From the NCBI RefSeq assembly GCF_009914755.1, contig NC_060927.1: a stretch of DNA of 64,000 nt. One strand, 5' to 3'. The translations under genes and the position numbers were made by a program. Every line of letters begins with the position of its first letter. Positions within the stretch are counted from its first letter, which is position 1. The notes under the pieces are model-generated. The model was not told the origin of the DNA, did not search any database, and worked only from the letters and a program-made list of their open reading frames with translations. The DNA is from the human T2T-CHM13v2.0 reference genome, Homo sapiens. Of the stretch, positions 42,991 to 56,268 are shown piece by piece.

Positions 42991-44767
42991 ACGGGAAATT
43001 CCCAGTCTTCCATTCTAAAGGTCGGTCTTCTAGGCTGCCTCATAAAAACCTGCAAACCTTAGGCCTCAGGCAAGATATCCACCCTAAGTGCTTTGTCTGT
43101 TTTTGCAATTCAGTCTGGCCACAATACGAATTGGATAATGGGTCCAAATGGCTCACAAATGGAACATTCGACTTTACAATTTTAACTGATTTACGAAATT
43201 ATTGCCAACGAATGGAGAAATAGGGAGAAATTCCTTATGTCCAGGCCTTTTTGCACTCAGATCACAGCCTGACCTCTGCAATTCTTGCTCACCTGTTCTA
43301 ATCATTCCCCTCCATTCTCGCTGCCCTGATCGCCTTTCTCCTCCCAACCCTACCTCTTTATCCTCCTTGGATCCAGCAGACTGCTGTCCACCCCTCCCAG
43401 CCCCTACATCTCCCTCTCAACTGTCTTCTTTAACCCCGCAAGCTTCCTCTTTATCTTCTCAGCTGCCATCTTTCCAGCCGCGGTCTTCTCAGTCAGCAGT
43501 ATCCACCTCTTTTCCTACACTGCCCTCTCCTCAGGACAATTCTAGTATTGCCTGTACCCATTTTCCTCCCCTATTGCCCTCTCCTGAGGCTTGTAAACCC
43601 TTCCCACCACCTTACGCACCTATCTATCCTCCACTGCCTGTTAATTCAACCCCTTTTCCCCCATTCAAACCCTCAGCAGGAACCACTTCTAGCTTCTTCC
43701 TTCTCTCCCACTCATACTCTCTCAGGCGCCATCTTTGGTCTATGCCCCACCCTTACTTCAGCGCTGGTGCTAGAGTGCCCCCTTTAGGAAGTAGCAGGAG
43801 CTGAAGGTATTGTTAGAGTTCATGTTCCCTTCTCCCTCACTTACCTCTCAAATTAACAGAAGACTCGGTTTATTCCCAGAAGACCCTACCTCTTATATTA
43901 GGGATTTCAATACTTTACCCAGTCTTATGAACTAACCTGGCATGACCTCTACGTTATACTCTCTTCCACCCAAAACCCGGAAGACCAGGACCGTATCTGG
44001 ACTCTAGCTCAGGCGCATGCTGATACAATTCATCACCAAGCTCTTGCCCGGACTACTGGTGCAGAGGCGGTCCCCAACCAGGACCCCCACTGGGATTATC
44101 AAGACGGGGCCTCAGGATGCTGCCTCGAGACCACATGATTGTGTGTCTCCTTGCAGGACTCAAAAAGGGTGCCCATAAAGCAGTAAACTATGAAAAACTT
44201 TCAGAAATCACCCAAGGTCCTGACGAAAACCCAGCCCTTTTTCTCTCTCATTTAACTGAAGTCATAAGAAAGTATACCAACCTAGACCCAGCCAGCCCAG
44301 AAGGAACCACTATCCTAAACCTTTGGTTCATCTCCCAATCCACCCCCGATATCCGGCGCAAGCTTCAGAGGCTTGACGACGGCCCTCAAACCCCACAACG
44401 AGACCTTCTTAATTTAGCCTTCAAAGTCTTTAACACTTGTGATGAGGAAAGTAAAAGGCAAAAACAGGCAGAGTTTCAAATGCTTACCTCCGCCATCAGG
44501 GGCCCTGCAGGCCCATGGGGCAGCAGCTCCCCACAGAAGCCTCCTAGCAATCCACCTTCACCTGACGCTGGATTCAAGTGTGGCAATGAAGGCCACTGGT
44601 CCAGACAATGCCCAAACCCAGGTGATCCCATCAGGCCATGCCCACTCTGTGGAGGACCCCACTGGAAGTCAGACTGTGAGTGGCCTCCTCAAGGACTGCC
44701 CCCATCCCTTCCTGAGCCAGCCAAAACCTCCTACTCAGATCTCATTGGCCTTGCTGCTGAAGACTGA
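42991..44767 (+). pseudogene. gag: ERV gag (disrupted)
   Basis: ACG-GNSQSS myristoylation-type start (ATG>ACG); FCNSVWPQY...WLTNGTFDF matrix motif; PPPY; MHR ITQGPDENPALFL; zinc knuckles (G)FKCGNEGHWSRQC and CPLCGGPHWKSDC; stops and frameshifts present. Confidence 0.9.
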
Positions 44768-47700
44768 TGGTGCCCTGGAACGGATGCCCCAGAAACTACC
44801 ATCTCTTCATTCGAGCCAAGGGTAACTCTGATGGTGGTAGGTAGGCCAGTATGTTTTTTCATTAATACGGGGGCAAACTACTCTACTTTACCTAATTTTT
44901 TAGGACCCACCCAGTCCTCCCAAGTCTCTGTTGTGGGAATTGATGGACAAGTCTCCAAACCCCAAGCCACCCCTCCACTTTTCTGTTCCCTTCACACCTT
45001 TTCCTTCACTCACTCTTTCTTAGTCCTGCCCTCATGCCCAACTCCACTCCTAGGAAGAGACATCCTTTCAAAACTCCACACTATTCTCCACTTCCATTTT
45101 CCCCATAGTACCCTATGCATCAACCCAGACCCCTCCGGGGCATCTAACTTTCTTCTACTCCTCCAACCTCCCACCTTAAAACATGCAACTTTTCCTTATC
45201 CCCCATCCGTAGTTAATCCTGCTGTTTAGAATACTTCCACACCCTCAGTTGCAGAACACCACACCCCCGTCTGCATTAACCTTAGAGAGCCCACCTAGTT
45301 CCTATCACAGAAGCAGTATCCCATCCCCCAAGCTGCTCTCACAGACCTAAAGCCTATCATTTTTCACCTCCTTGCCAGTCACCTACTCTGCCCAACAAAC
45401 TCCCCTTTTAACACACCAGTTCTACCTGTTAAAAAGCCAGATGGAACTTAATTAGTCCAGGACCTCAGGCTCATTAACCAAGCTGTATTCCCAGTATGTC
45501 AGTGGTTCCTAACCCATATACTTTCCTTTCTGCAATTCCCTCCAATACCACCCATTTTTTTGTTCTAAACCTAAAGGATGCTTTTTTTTCACAATTCCTT
45601 TACACACTGATTCCCAAAACCTCTTTGCTTTTATGTGGGAAAACCCTGACACCCACTTTTCACATTAGCTCACCTGGTGCGTACTACCTCAAGGTTTCAG
45701 AGACAGCCCCCACCTTTTTGGAAAGGCCCTTGCTCACAATCTCTGTATCTTATCCCTAGAACTGTCCACTCTCCTTCAATATGTTGATGATCTGCTTCTG
45801 TGTAGCCCCTCTCAAAGAGACTGCCACACCCATACTATCTCTCTTTTAAACTTCTTGGCAGAACAGGGGTATTGGGTATCCCCTAAGAAAGCACAAATAT
45901 TCACTCCCTCAGTCACCTATCTAGGCCTAGCTCTTACCCCGCAAACCCGAGGGCTCACAACCAACCACATATCCCTCCTCCAGTCCCTCTTGCCTCCGCA
46001 AACTAAACAAGAAATTCTCTCTTTTCTAGGACTAGCAGGATATTTTAAGTTCTGGGTTCCCTCCTTTGCTCTACTTGCCAAACCATTGTACTAAGCTGCT
46101 AAAGGCCCTCTCCATGAGCCTTTAAAACCTGCACAGCCTATTACCCAACCTTTCCATCTACTCCAAAAGGCTCTCATCTCAGCGCCCATCCTCACTCTCC
46201 CAGACCTCACCAAACCTTTCTCCCTCTATACCTACAAATGGCATGGAGTTGCACTAGGTGTTCTAACCCAGTCTAAGGGTTAATTAGTCCAGGACCTCAG
46301 GCTCATTAACCAAGCTGTATTCTCAGCATGTCAGTGGTTCCTAACCCATATACTTTCCTTTCTGCAATTCCCTCCAATACCACCCATTTTTCTGTTCTAA
46401 ACCTAAAGGATGCTTTTTTTCACAATTCCTTTACACCCTGATTCCCAAAACCTCTTTGCCTTTACGTGGGAAAACTCTGACACCCACCTTTCATGTTAGC
46501 TCACCTGGTGCGTACTACCTCAAGGTTTCAGAGACAGCCCCCACCCTCTGGGTTGTTGCCTACTCTCTAAACAGCTTGAAGCCACAGTTCTTGGATGGCC
46601 TACCTGCCTCTGAGCATTGGTGGCAGCCGCTGTCCTCACCCTTGAAAGCCTAAAACTATCTCTCCATGCCAACCTAACAGTTTATTCAACCCATAACATC
46701 AACGACATGCTAGCTCACCACAGTGTACTAAGTCTCATCTCTGCCCCACGGCTCCTGCAGCTGTATGCTCTATTCATAGAAACTCCCCACATCACCATGC
46801 TAACCAGCTCCTGTCTAAACCCAGCCATGCTCTTACCTGAAGCTACAACCACCCAAGACCCTACACACTTCTGTGTGAACACTGTTCAAATCTTTCTTAT
46901 GCCTTTTCCAAACCTAACCTTCCAGATATCTCCTTTACTTGGTTTGTATATGGCAGCTCCATCCGACATCAAGGATGCTGACAGGCTGGCTATGCTATAG
47001 TGTCACTCCCTCACACTACTGAAGCCAATCTGCTCCTCCTAGGCACCACCTCCCAAAATGCTGAACTCACTGCCCTCACTTGTGCTCTTGCTCTAGCAGC
47101 CAGACAACAGATCAACATATATTCAAATTCTCATTATGTGTTCCACATATTGCACTCACACTCATCCATCTGGAAAGAACGGGGTTTCCTAACTGCAAAA
47201 AACACTCCTGTCGTAAATGGCTCTCTCATCAGCAAGCTCCTTCAAACTGCCAGGCTCCCACAGAAAGTTGCCATCATTCATTGCACGGGCCACCAATCCC
47301 CAGACAATCCTATATCAACTGGAAATGCACTAGCAGATCAGGTAGCCAAACAAGTAGCCCTACAACCCGTGCAAGGCCAGTTTCTGTCTCTGTCCTTGTT
47401 CTCTCCACTTTACTTCTCAGAAGAAAAGGAGGACTTCCGAGCCCAAAACCTTCAAAGGCAGGGACCATGGTATGTCAAGGAAGGGTGCTTCGTTCTTCTT
47501 CACTCTCAAATAATCTCTATCCTCCAAAGCCTCCACAACTCTTTCCATGTTGGTTACAAACCTCTCCTGCAACTTCTCTGCGCTATTCTCACTTGTGCTC
47601 ACCTTTCCAGCCGTGTTCGAGAAATTACCCAGTTCTGCTCTATCTGCCACTCAGTGTCACCCCAGGGCTCCCTCTGGCTACTGCCTTTTTCCTACCCACC

Positions 47701-48455
47701 AAGCCTGGGGCCAGGTACCCGGGCAAGATTGGCAAGTAGATTTCACTCACATGCTGCCCGATAAACGGCTCTGCTATCTTCTAGTCTTTGTCTGTACTTT
47801 CTTCGGGTGGGTAGAAGCGTTCCCAGCAACTTCAGAAGGTGCAAATGTCCTCACACAAACCCTCGTCATGTATATAATTCCCTGTTTTGGACTCCCAACA
47901 TCCATCCAGTCCAATAACGGGCCCACCTTCATCAGCCAAATTACCCAAGACATCTCTACATCCTTAGGAATAAAGTGGGTTCTCCGCACACCCTACAGGC
48001 CTCAATCTTCAGGCAAAGTTGAAAAAAATTAACTCTGTCCTTAAAGCGCAACTCACCAAGCTGACTCTAGAAACCCGCCAGTCATGGACAAAACATCTCC
48101 TTTTCGCCCTCATAAGACTCTGCGCAACACCAAAAGCACCCTCTTTTTATAGTCCCTTTAAAATCATGCATGGCTGAACTTTTGTCTTAGGGCCTCCACC
48201 CTTACCAGACTCTGAGCCACTCGGGAATTACCTCCCCTCCTTAATCCAGACATGGTCTTTCGTTCGTGAAGCAGCAAAAGAGGCCGTGCCTCTCCCTGTT
48301 GACACCTCCTTGTCCTCTCAACATAACTGTCTTGCAGGCACAGACATGTTTATCTGCCAATCCGACCCTCACCAAAAGCTACAACCGAAGTGGACAGGCC
48401 CTGACACTGTGATACTCAGCATGCCAACTGCAATGAGAGTCCAAGGACTCCCCAC
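44768..48455 (+). pseudogene. pol: ERV pro-pol (protease, RT, RNase H, integrase; disrupted)
   Basis: FINTGANYS (DTG>NTG); LKDAFF, LPQGFRDSP, LQYVDDLLL (~45775-45800); RNase H AELTAL and IIHCTGHQ; integrase WQVDFTHM, GWVEAFP, IQSNNGP, YRPQSSGKVE. Confidence 0.92.
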
Positions 48456-48459
48456 CTGG

Positions 48460-49200
48460 TAGCCCCAAGGCTACTACTTCCTCCAAAACATTAACAGCAG
48501 GCAACACCCTCGGAGTCCCTGTATATAATAACCTAAACAAAGAAAAATGATCCTTAAAGGTAGGAGGAAGCCAAAGATGGCAAGAGGATGAATGGCCTCT
48601 GCAACAGATCATCGAATATTATGGTCCTGTCACTTGGGCTGAGGATGGTTCATGGGGTTGTCACCCTTCTATATATATGCTAAATAGAATAATTAGACTA
48701 CAGGCTGTTCCAGAGATAATCACTAACCAAACCACCTTAGCCCTGGAAATGCTCACACAACAACAAAACCAAATGCGTGCAGCAGTTTATCAAAACAGGC
48801 TAGCACTAGACTGCTTATTAGCAGAAGAGGGTGGGGCCTGTGGCAAGTTTAATATCTCCAATTGTTGTCTTAACATAGACAATAACGGAGAAGCAGTACT
48901 AGAAATCGCTTCAAACATCAGAAAAGTAGCCCATATACCAGTCCAAACCTGGAAGGGATGGGACCCAACAAACCTTCTAGGATGGTGGTTTTTTAATTTA
49001 GGAGAATTTAAAACGCTGGTAGGGACGGTAATCTTCATCATTGGGTTCCTCCTGTTTCTCCCCTATATTATTCCACTAATAATAAAAGCCATTAAAACTC
49101 TTGTTGAAACTACAGTTAGCTGCCAGACAATCCAGACGATGCTCCTGCTACAATGACACCATGGATACCAACCCATCTGTCAAGAATATCCCCCAAAATT
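48460..49200 (+). pseudogene. env: env remnant: SU mostly deleted, TM frame open (48551-49156; ATG 48677, 159 aa)
   Basis: [48 protein letters not shown]7CC, hydrophobic anchor [22 protein letters not shown]. Confidence 0.9.
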
Positions 49201-49761
49201 AAGGTTTTCTTTTTCCAAGGTGCCACCCCCTATGTCGGGCCTGAAGTAGTTATTGAGAAAGTCGCCCCTTTTCCCTTTTTTCTATAACCAAATAGACAGG
49301 AATGGAAGATTCTCCCCAGGGCCTGAAAGCTTGAAGGGATGAGTAACTCCTCCCTTCTCAGGCCCAGTCCCAAGGTGCAATGCTACTTGTGCCAGCAGTG
49401 TGTGCCAGCAAGATAGCAGAAGCAGGAAGAGAGCCGGCCGGAAGACACCTACCCTGGCCGGAAGACAAGTATCCCTGAAGATCGAGAAAGCCGGAAGCCA
49501 CCTACCCTGGCCAGAAGACACGTATCCCTGAAGATTGAGACAGAGGCCGTCTGGGTACTATGTAGCAGTCACGTCAGACTGGGACATTTCCTGTTTACAG
49601 GAGACCATAAAATCCGTGCCCTGTCCTCATTTGGTGCTGACGCCATTTTAGGCCTCAGCCTGTCTGCACCCAGGCGCTCATTAAAACAGCATGTTGCTCC
49701 ACACCCCTCATGTTTTCTGTTGGTGTGCTCTCGGGGTTTGAACCAGTACAAGAACCTTACA

Positions 49762-50404
49762 AATACTATGGAGATTTCTCTAATAAATGAAAAACAGTAT
49801 TACCAATCAATTCAGCAATCTCACTACTGGGTATATATTCAAAGAGAAAGAAATCATTATATCAAAAACATACCTGCATTCATGTGTTTATCACAGCACT
49901 ATTCACAATAGCAAAGATACAGAATCAACCTTGGTGTCTATCAATGAAGGATTGGGTAAAGAAGATGTGATACGTATTTATACCATTTATACTACTCAGC
50001 CATAGAAAAGAATGAAATCATATATTTTGCAGCTACATGGAGAGAAATGCAGGCCATTATCCTAAGTGAAATAACTCAGAAAGAGAAAGTCAAATACCTC
50101 ACGTTCTTACTTATAAGTGGGAACTAAACAATGGGTAGGCATGCACATACAGAGTGAAGTAATAGACACTGGAAACTACAAATAGGGTGAGATGGGAGTG
50201 AGAGTTGAAAAACTACTTATTGGGTACAATGTTCACTCTTTGGTCAATGGGTACACTAAAAGCCCAGACTTCACCACTATGCAGTATATGCATGTAGGAA
50301 AGCTGCACTTGTACTCCCTAAATATATAAAAATAAAAAATAAAATAAAATGTATTAGTAAACATCAATGAAAATTTTAAAATAGAAAAACAAATACAAAA
50401 TAAT
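49762..50404 (+). mobile_element. L1PB3/4-like 3' end and A-rich tail
   Basis: tacactaaaagcccagacttcaccactatgcagtatatgcatgta...ctaaatatataaaaataaaaa. Confidence 0.9.
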
Positions 50405-50412
50405 AACAATTT

Positions 50413-50531
50413 ACTTGTAACTTCTGCTTATCAGGCCACTTGAATCTTTGCTTCTTGGTTGTAAATCTCAAACATGGCCCAAATAAATTCTAATTTTTTA
50501 AGTTTGCTTCAGTTTTTTCCTTTAGGTCAAC
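50413..50531 (+). mobile_element. ERV1 LTR, 3' part (partner of 39787-40041)
   Basis: acttgtaac...ggccacttgaatc...ggcccaaataaa...tttaggtcaaca. Confidence 0.7.
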
Positions 50532-52457
50532 AGGTAGCAAGCAGCTAAGGATACCACTCCAATGAAATTAGCTCTTTATGAGTATAATTAGAGCATGGGA
50601 ATGAGGATAACAACAAAAGAAAGCCTAATGATGCAAAAGAGAGGATTATTGATAGGAGTGATTTAATGATTATATGTTGGAGATGCTGGATAGGTGTGCT
50701 GGTCAAGTTACTTAGAAGGCTCATGCTAATTTTCAGGTATACTAAAACCCCAAGTACATCCTATGGTTGAGTTTTTCTAAATTTTTGCTTTGTGAATGTT
50801 TATGCCTTTGTCAATTTTATACGCTGAAATTATGATAAAAATCTTAATTTTAATGGAGGTACTGCAGTGTATTTGTATAATCTTTTACATTTATATAAAA
50901 TAAACTATATATTCAAATACATATATACACACATACATACTTATGTGGGATTTAAAGTGGTATGAGATTTTAAAAATGCATTGCACACTGGCAAATGTAT
51001 ATATTAAATTTTGGCCCTAGTTTTACAAGGTACTGTATTTTTTTCAATAAATAGCCTTAATTAAATTTAATCTGCCAATTTGTATATAGGAAAATTGTAT
51101 AATATATTCATATTAAACAGAATTAGTTGATTATATTAAATAATCATAAATGTAGATAGAAACATGTAGATGCATTGTGTTATACGTTAAGTACTTTTCC
51201 AGAATGTTCACATTTACTTTACAGTTCACACTGTTGCAGTTATAGTTAATGAAGTAATAAAATGATATGTAAATTGCTTCACCTTTTCACCTACTTATAT
51301 GGGAAAAAAATTGCTTGAGTAATAACATTTAGGAAAGATATCTAGAAGTACTGCAAGTAACTTGTACTTGTATTTGTGTTTTTCCTGATTTGTCTCTTTT
51401 ATCTCATTCCCATGTGAGATGAATGAAAGGATTTCCCTGAAACGAGCAGGTATACAGGAGAGCATAAAGGGCTTATGCAACTAAATGCTTCACCCCTTGA
51501 CCTTTCATTTTCATCATTAAAGACTTATTCCTTTGGGTCTCAAAGATTTCAACTACAAGGGAAACTTATTGAAATGCAAATATTCCTGGGAGAAATAACA
51601 TCTTAAAATGTAATCTGCTGATTTTTTAAGCAATTAGTTAACTGCAGGTGAGAGAAGAAGAGAAGCGAAGAATAGGCTTTAGAGGTAGAAGGTGAGAACA
51701 ATGGACAGGAGAAAAGAATGTTAGAGGCACCAAATGTAAAATATACCCAAATTTTATTTAAAGTCAATCATCTCATTTAAAAAGTTTTAGATTTTTCCTT
51801 ATATGTGAAAACTGCAGACTACAAAGGCTAGCATATAATTGTGTGTATGTCCACAACCTGGTATTCTCATTATGAAATACTTGCTATTCAAACGAATAGT
51901 AAAAGGGTTTTCTTATTATGAAAACTTTCAGATTCTAAAAGTGTTAATTTCTTGAGAATTTTTTTGGTAACCTGTGTCTTTTATACTCTGTACCCTGGCT
52001 TAGAATTTCTTCAGCCTAAAATATAACTGAACATCCAGCTTTGAGGACAAAGCACAAAAAAGGAGAGCTTCAGGGAACTGTAAAGTGCAGCAGAGATCAT
52101 GGAGTAGAAGGAGCTCGGGAAAGATACTTCACAAATTTGTTTATGATCCCCTGAGCTCACTCTTGAGAAGTACATGGGATGACTGGACCTAAAAAGCATG
52201 CCAAAGGCTTTGAGAACTGATCTCATGGAGAGAGTATTGTTAGTCCCAGACAGGCAACTGAGTGGTATTTACACAGGATAGTTTTTAATAGCATTACAAT
52301 GACGTTAAAACTGAACTGATATTAAAATCACAGCACACGCTTGAAGGATCTGAACATAATCTTGTTAATTGCCAACCCAAACGAAAATGCCAACATTTCC
52401 CCTACTTAACAAGATTTAAACAAGATGCAAGGTCTTAAACAAAATACTGAAAATGTC

Positions 52458-52768
<311 letters not shown>

Positions 52769-53450
52769 CTAAGATAGAATACAAAGTTAGTGAGCATTTG
52801 AAGAATCAGGAATATCTTAGCTCACAACAAAAAAGACTATAAACAGATGCCAACTCTAACACAAAACAGATATTGAAATTACTTGACAAAAGATGTAAAG
52901 GACCTATTATCAAAATGTTGCAGCAAATAATAGTGAGCACTCTTGAAATAAGTGGATAGGTAGAAAGTCTCAACAGATAAATAGAAGATATAAAGAAAAA
53001 CTCAATGAAAAATTTAGATCTAAAATATAACTGAAAATTAAAAGCTCAACAGCAGAATGGAAATAACAGTGGGGCTAGTGAATTTGAAGATAGATTAATA
53101 AATATTACCTATATTTCTAAGTAATTCAAGGTCAAAAAGTCTCAAGAAAAAAATTTGGACTAAGTGAAAATGAAAATACGATATATTAAAACTTGTTGGA
53201 TGCAGCCAAATCAGTGTTTAGGGGGAAATTTATAGCATTCAGTACTTAATCCTAAAACAAAATCTCAAATCAGTAGTATAGATTTCCACATTAAGAAACT
53301 GGAAAGAAGACAAACAACAACAACAAAATAAAACCAATTTAGCAAAAGGAAGCAGATAATAAAGAATAGAAATACAATTTAAATCAGTAAAAATATAGAA
53401 AGTAAAAATATAGTCATTGGAAAGTCAATAAAATTGATACAACTTCATCA

Positions 53451-54157
<707 letters not shown>

Positions 54158-54386
54158 AGAAGTAAAAGAGGGAATATCACCACTTACCCCCAGCACATTA
54201 AAGAATATTGAGGGAATATTCCAAACAACTTATGCATATAAATTTGCATGAAATGGACTAATTCTTCACAAGTCAAAACCTGCTAACATCATCCAAGGTG
54301 AAACAGACAGTACAAAAGGTACTGTAATTACTACAACAATTGAATTAATGATTAAAAACCTTTCAAAAAAGAAAACTCCAGGCCAA

Positions 54387-54640
54387 ATCGAGACCATCCT
54401 GGCTAACACAGTGAAACGCCGTCTCTACTAAAAATAGAAAAAATTAGCCAGGCGGGTGGCGGGCGCTGGCTCGGGAGGCTGAGCCGGGAGAATGGCGCGA
54501 ACCCGGGGGGCGGAGCTTGCAGTGAGCCTTGATTGCACCACTGCACTCCAGCCTGGGTGACAGAGCCAGACTCCATCAAGAAGAAAGAAAGAGAGAGAGA
54601 GAGAGAGGGAGGGAGGGAGGGAGGGAGAGAGAGAGAGAGA
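54387..54640 (+). mobile_element. 5'-truncated AluY with internal deletion and (GA)n/(GGGA)n tail
   Basis: atcgagaccatcctggctaacacagtg...gaatggcgcgaacccggg. Confidence 0.9.
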
Positions 54641-54844
54641 CCAATACAGTGAGTCACACACAAGTTTGAAATTTATTTCTCTCTTACTTGCCTGCAGAAC
54701 ATGTAAGCATTTTCTCTCCATGTCATCCAGGGACCCAGGTTCTCTTTTTCTTCTTGTTCTATGATTCTCTAGGATTTTGGAATGGCCATTTTCTGCTGGT
54801 AAGGTTTTGGAGAATAAGGATTTGCTTTAGGACTTATTTAAAGG

Positions 54845-54899
54845 TAAACAAACAAACAAACAAAACAAAACACCACACACACACACACACACACACACA
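54845..54899. repeat. (CAAA)n + (CA)n microsatellite
   Basis: Directly visible. Confidence 0.9.
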
Positions 54900-55103
54900 G
54901 GTTTTGGTAGGCCAGGCTGTGCTGCTTTTGAAAGTGCAATCGCTTCAGAACCTCTTTGCTTCTAGTAAATTTCATATTAGTGCCCCAAACCAAAGATTCA
55001 ATCTAGACAGATTTTTAAGCCTTTCAACTCACATTTATTAAATGAACTCCACAAAATCAGCTCAGCTCATTTCCCTGTCTCATTTTAAATGCAGCTACTG
55101 GAT

Positions 55104-55142
<39 letters not shown>
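55104..55142. repeat. (CA)n microsatellite
   Basis: Directly visible. Confidence 0.92.
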
Positions 55143-55144
<2 letters not shown>

Positions 55145-56039
55145 ATTAAAAAAAAAAACCTTAAATAAGAAGGCAATAGTCTTAATCTGATTTTTGAAAC
55201 TGTGCTACCTCGAACTGTTTGGTTTAAAGTGACAATTGTCTCCTGTTAAGGCAGTTGGCTTTTCCAACCCAATAAGGCCTCAAGCTATTAGACTCTGAGT
55301 CAATTAGACAACAGACTCAGGCAGAGAAAGCCTTCCTTGGCACAACTGTTATCTCTTCTATCTCTGCTAGTCAGCTAGCTAATGCCTGCCTGACTTCAAC
55401 CCTCTCCACTACAACGGTCAAGGTACCTCTGGGTGGTTATTAATTAAGCATATGTTTAATTAATGTTCTTGTCAAACATGCTGTACCCCATACAAGTGAA
55501 TAGGGCTGGAAAGTTGACTTTTGGCTTTTTCGTTTCCTTTGCTCTGACTGCTTAACATTCTGCTCAATCATCAACTACCCCTACACTGAAAATTCAGAAT
55601 ATAATGTTATAATTCTATCCCTTTTTCTATACCCTCCTCAATTTGTTTTTTAACCAAGCTTTTCACCATTTTCTCTCTTTTTAAAAATTTTCCTCATGTG
55701 TTCTCTAAGAAAGATTTTGTGATCCTAAGGCTTGTGAGCTCACAATTAGAATTAAGATTAACCTTGCTGTTTTTGGATCATGATATACTCTTCTCAGCCA
55801 TTAGCCCTGAACCTCTTAGTGTTAAACTCTGATGACTCTAATGTTGCATATACTTAAAATATGTTTAGCTCTGGAGAGGTCTTCTAGAGCTCCCCATAAG
55901 CTATCACTAGGCTTAAGAGGGAGATTCATTTCATAAGGAATGATGCTGCCTACAATTTAGGAGGCCCTAATAAATATCTGCTGACTACATAATGGGAGCT
56001 ACATATGTATTTATGAGATTGATTAACTATTATTTTATT

Positions 56040-56268
56040 TTCCTGACTTTAATGAGGGCTTGTTGGTACAAGGCCTCATTCTATCAATAAGTAGTTTAAA
56101 TGCTTTGACGTATTTAACCTTCAAAACAATCAAACAAACTAGGTGTTATCATTTTCCCCATTTTCCTAATGAAGCGGAGAGAGATTAAGTAATTAACCTC
56201 AGGTCACAAGTGGCAGAGCTGGGATTCAATCCAACAATCTGGCTCCAGAGTCCGTACAGTTAACCATG
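56040..56268 (-). mobile_element. MIR
   Basis: attttccccattttcctaatgaag...gattaagtaattaacctcaggtcacaag...ggcagagctgggattcaatcc core. Confidence 0.8.

Noticed and set aside
43202-43804. 200-aa Pro/Ser-rich ORF as an independent gene
   Set aside because: It is the PPPY-containing p12-like region of the frameshifted ERV gag.
54773-54798. 26-nt micro-exon candidate (pyrimidine tract-AG ... CTG|GTAAGG)
   Set aside because: It is not frame-preserving, has no supporting neighbouring exons, and is likely by chance.
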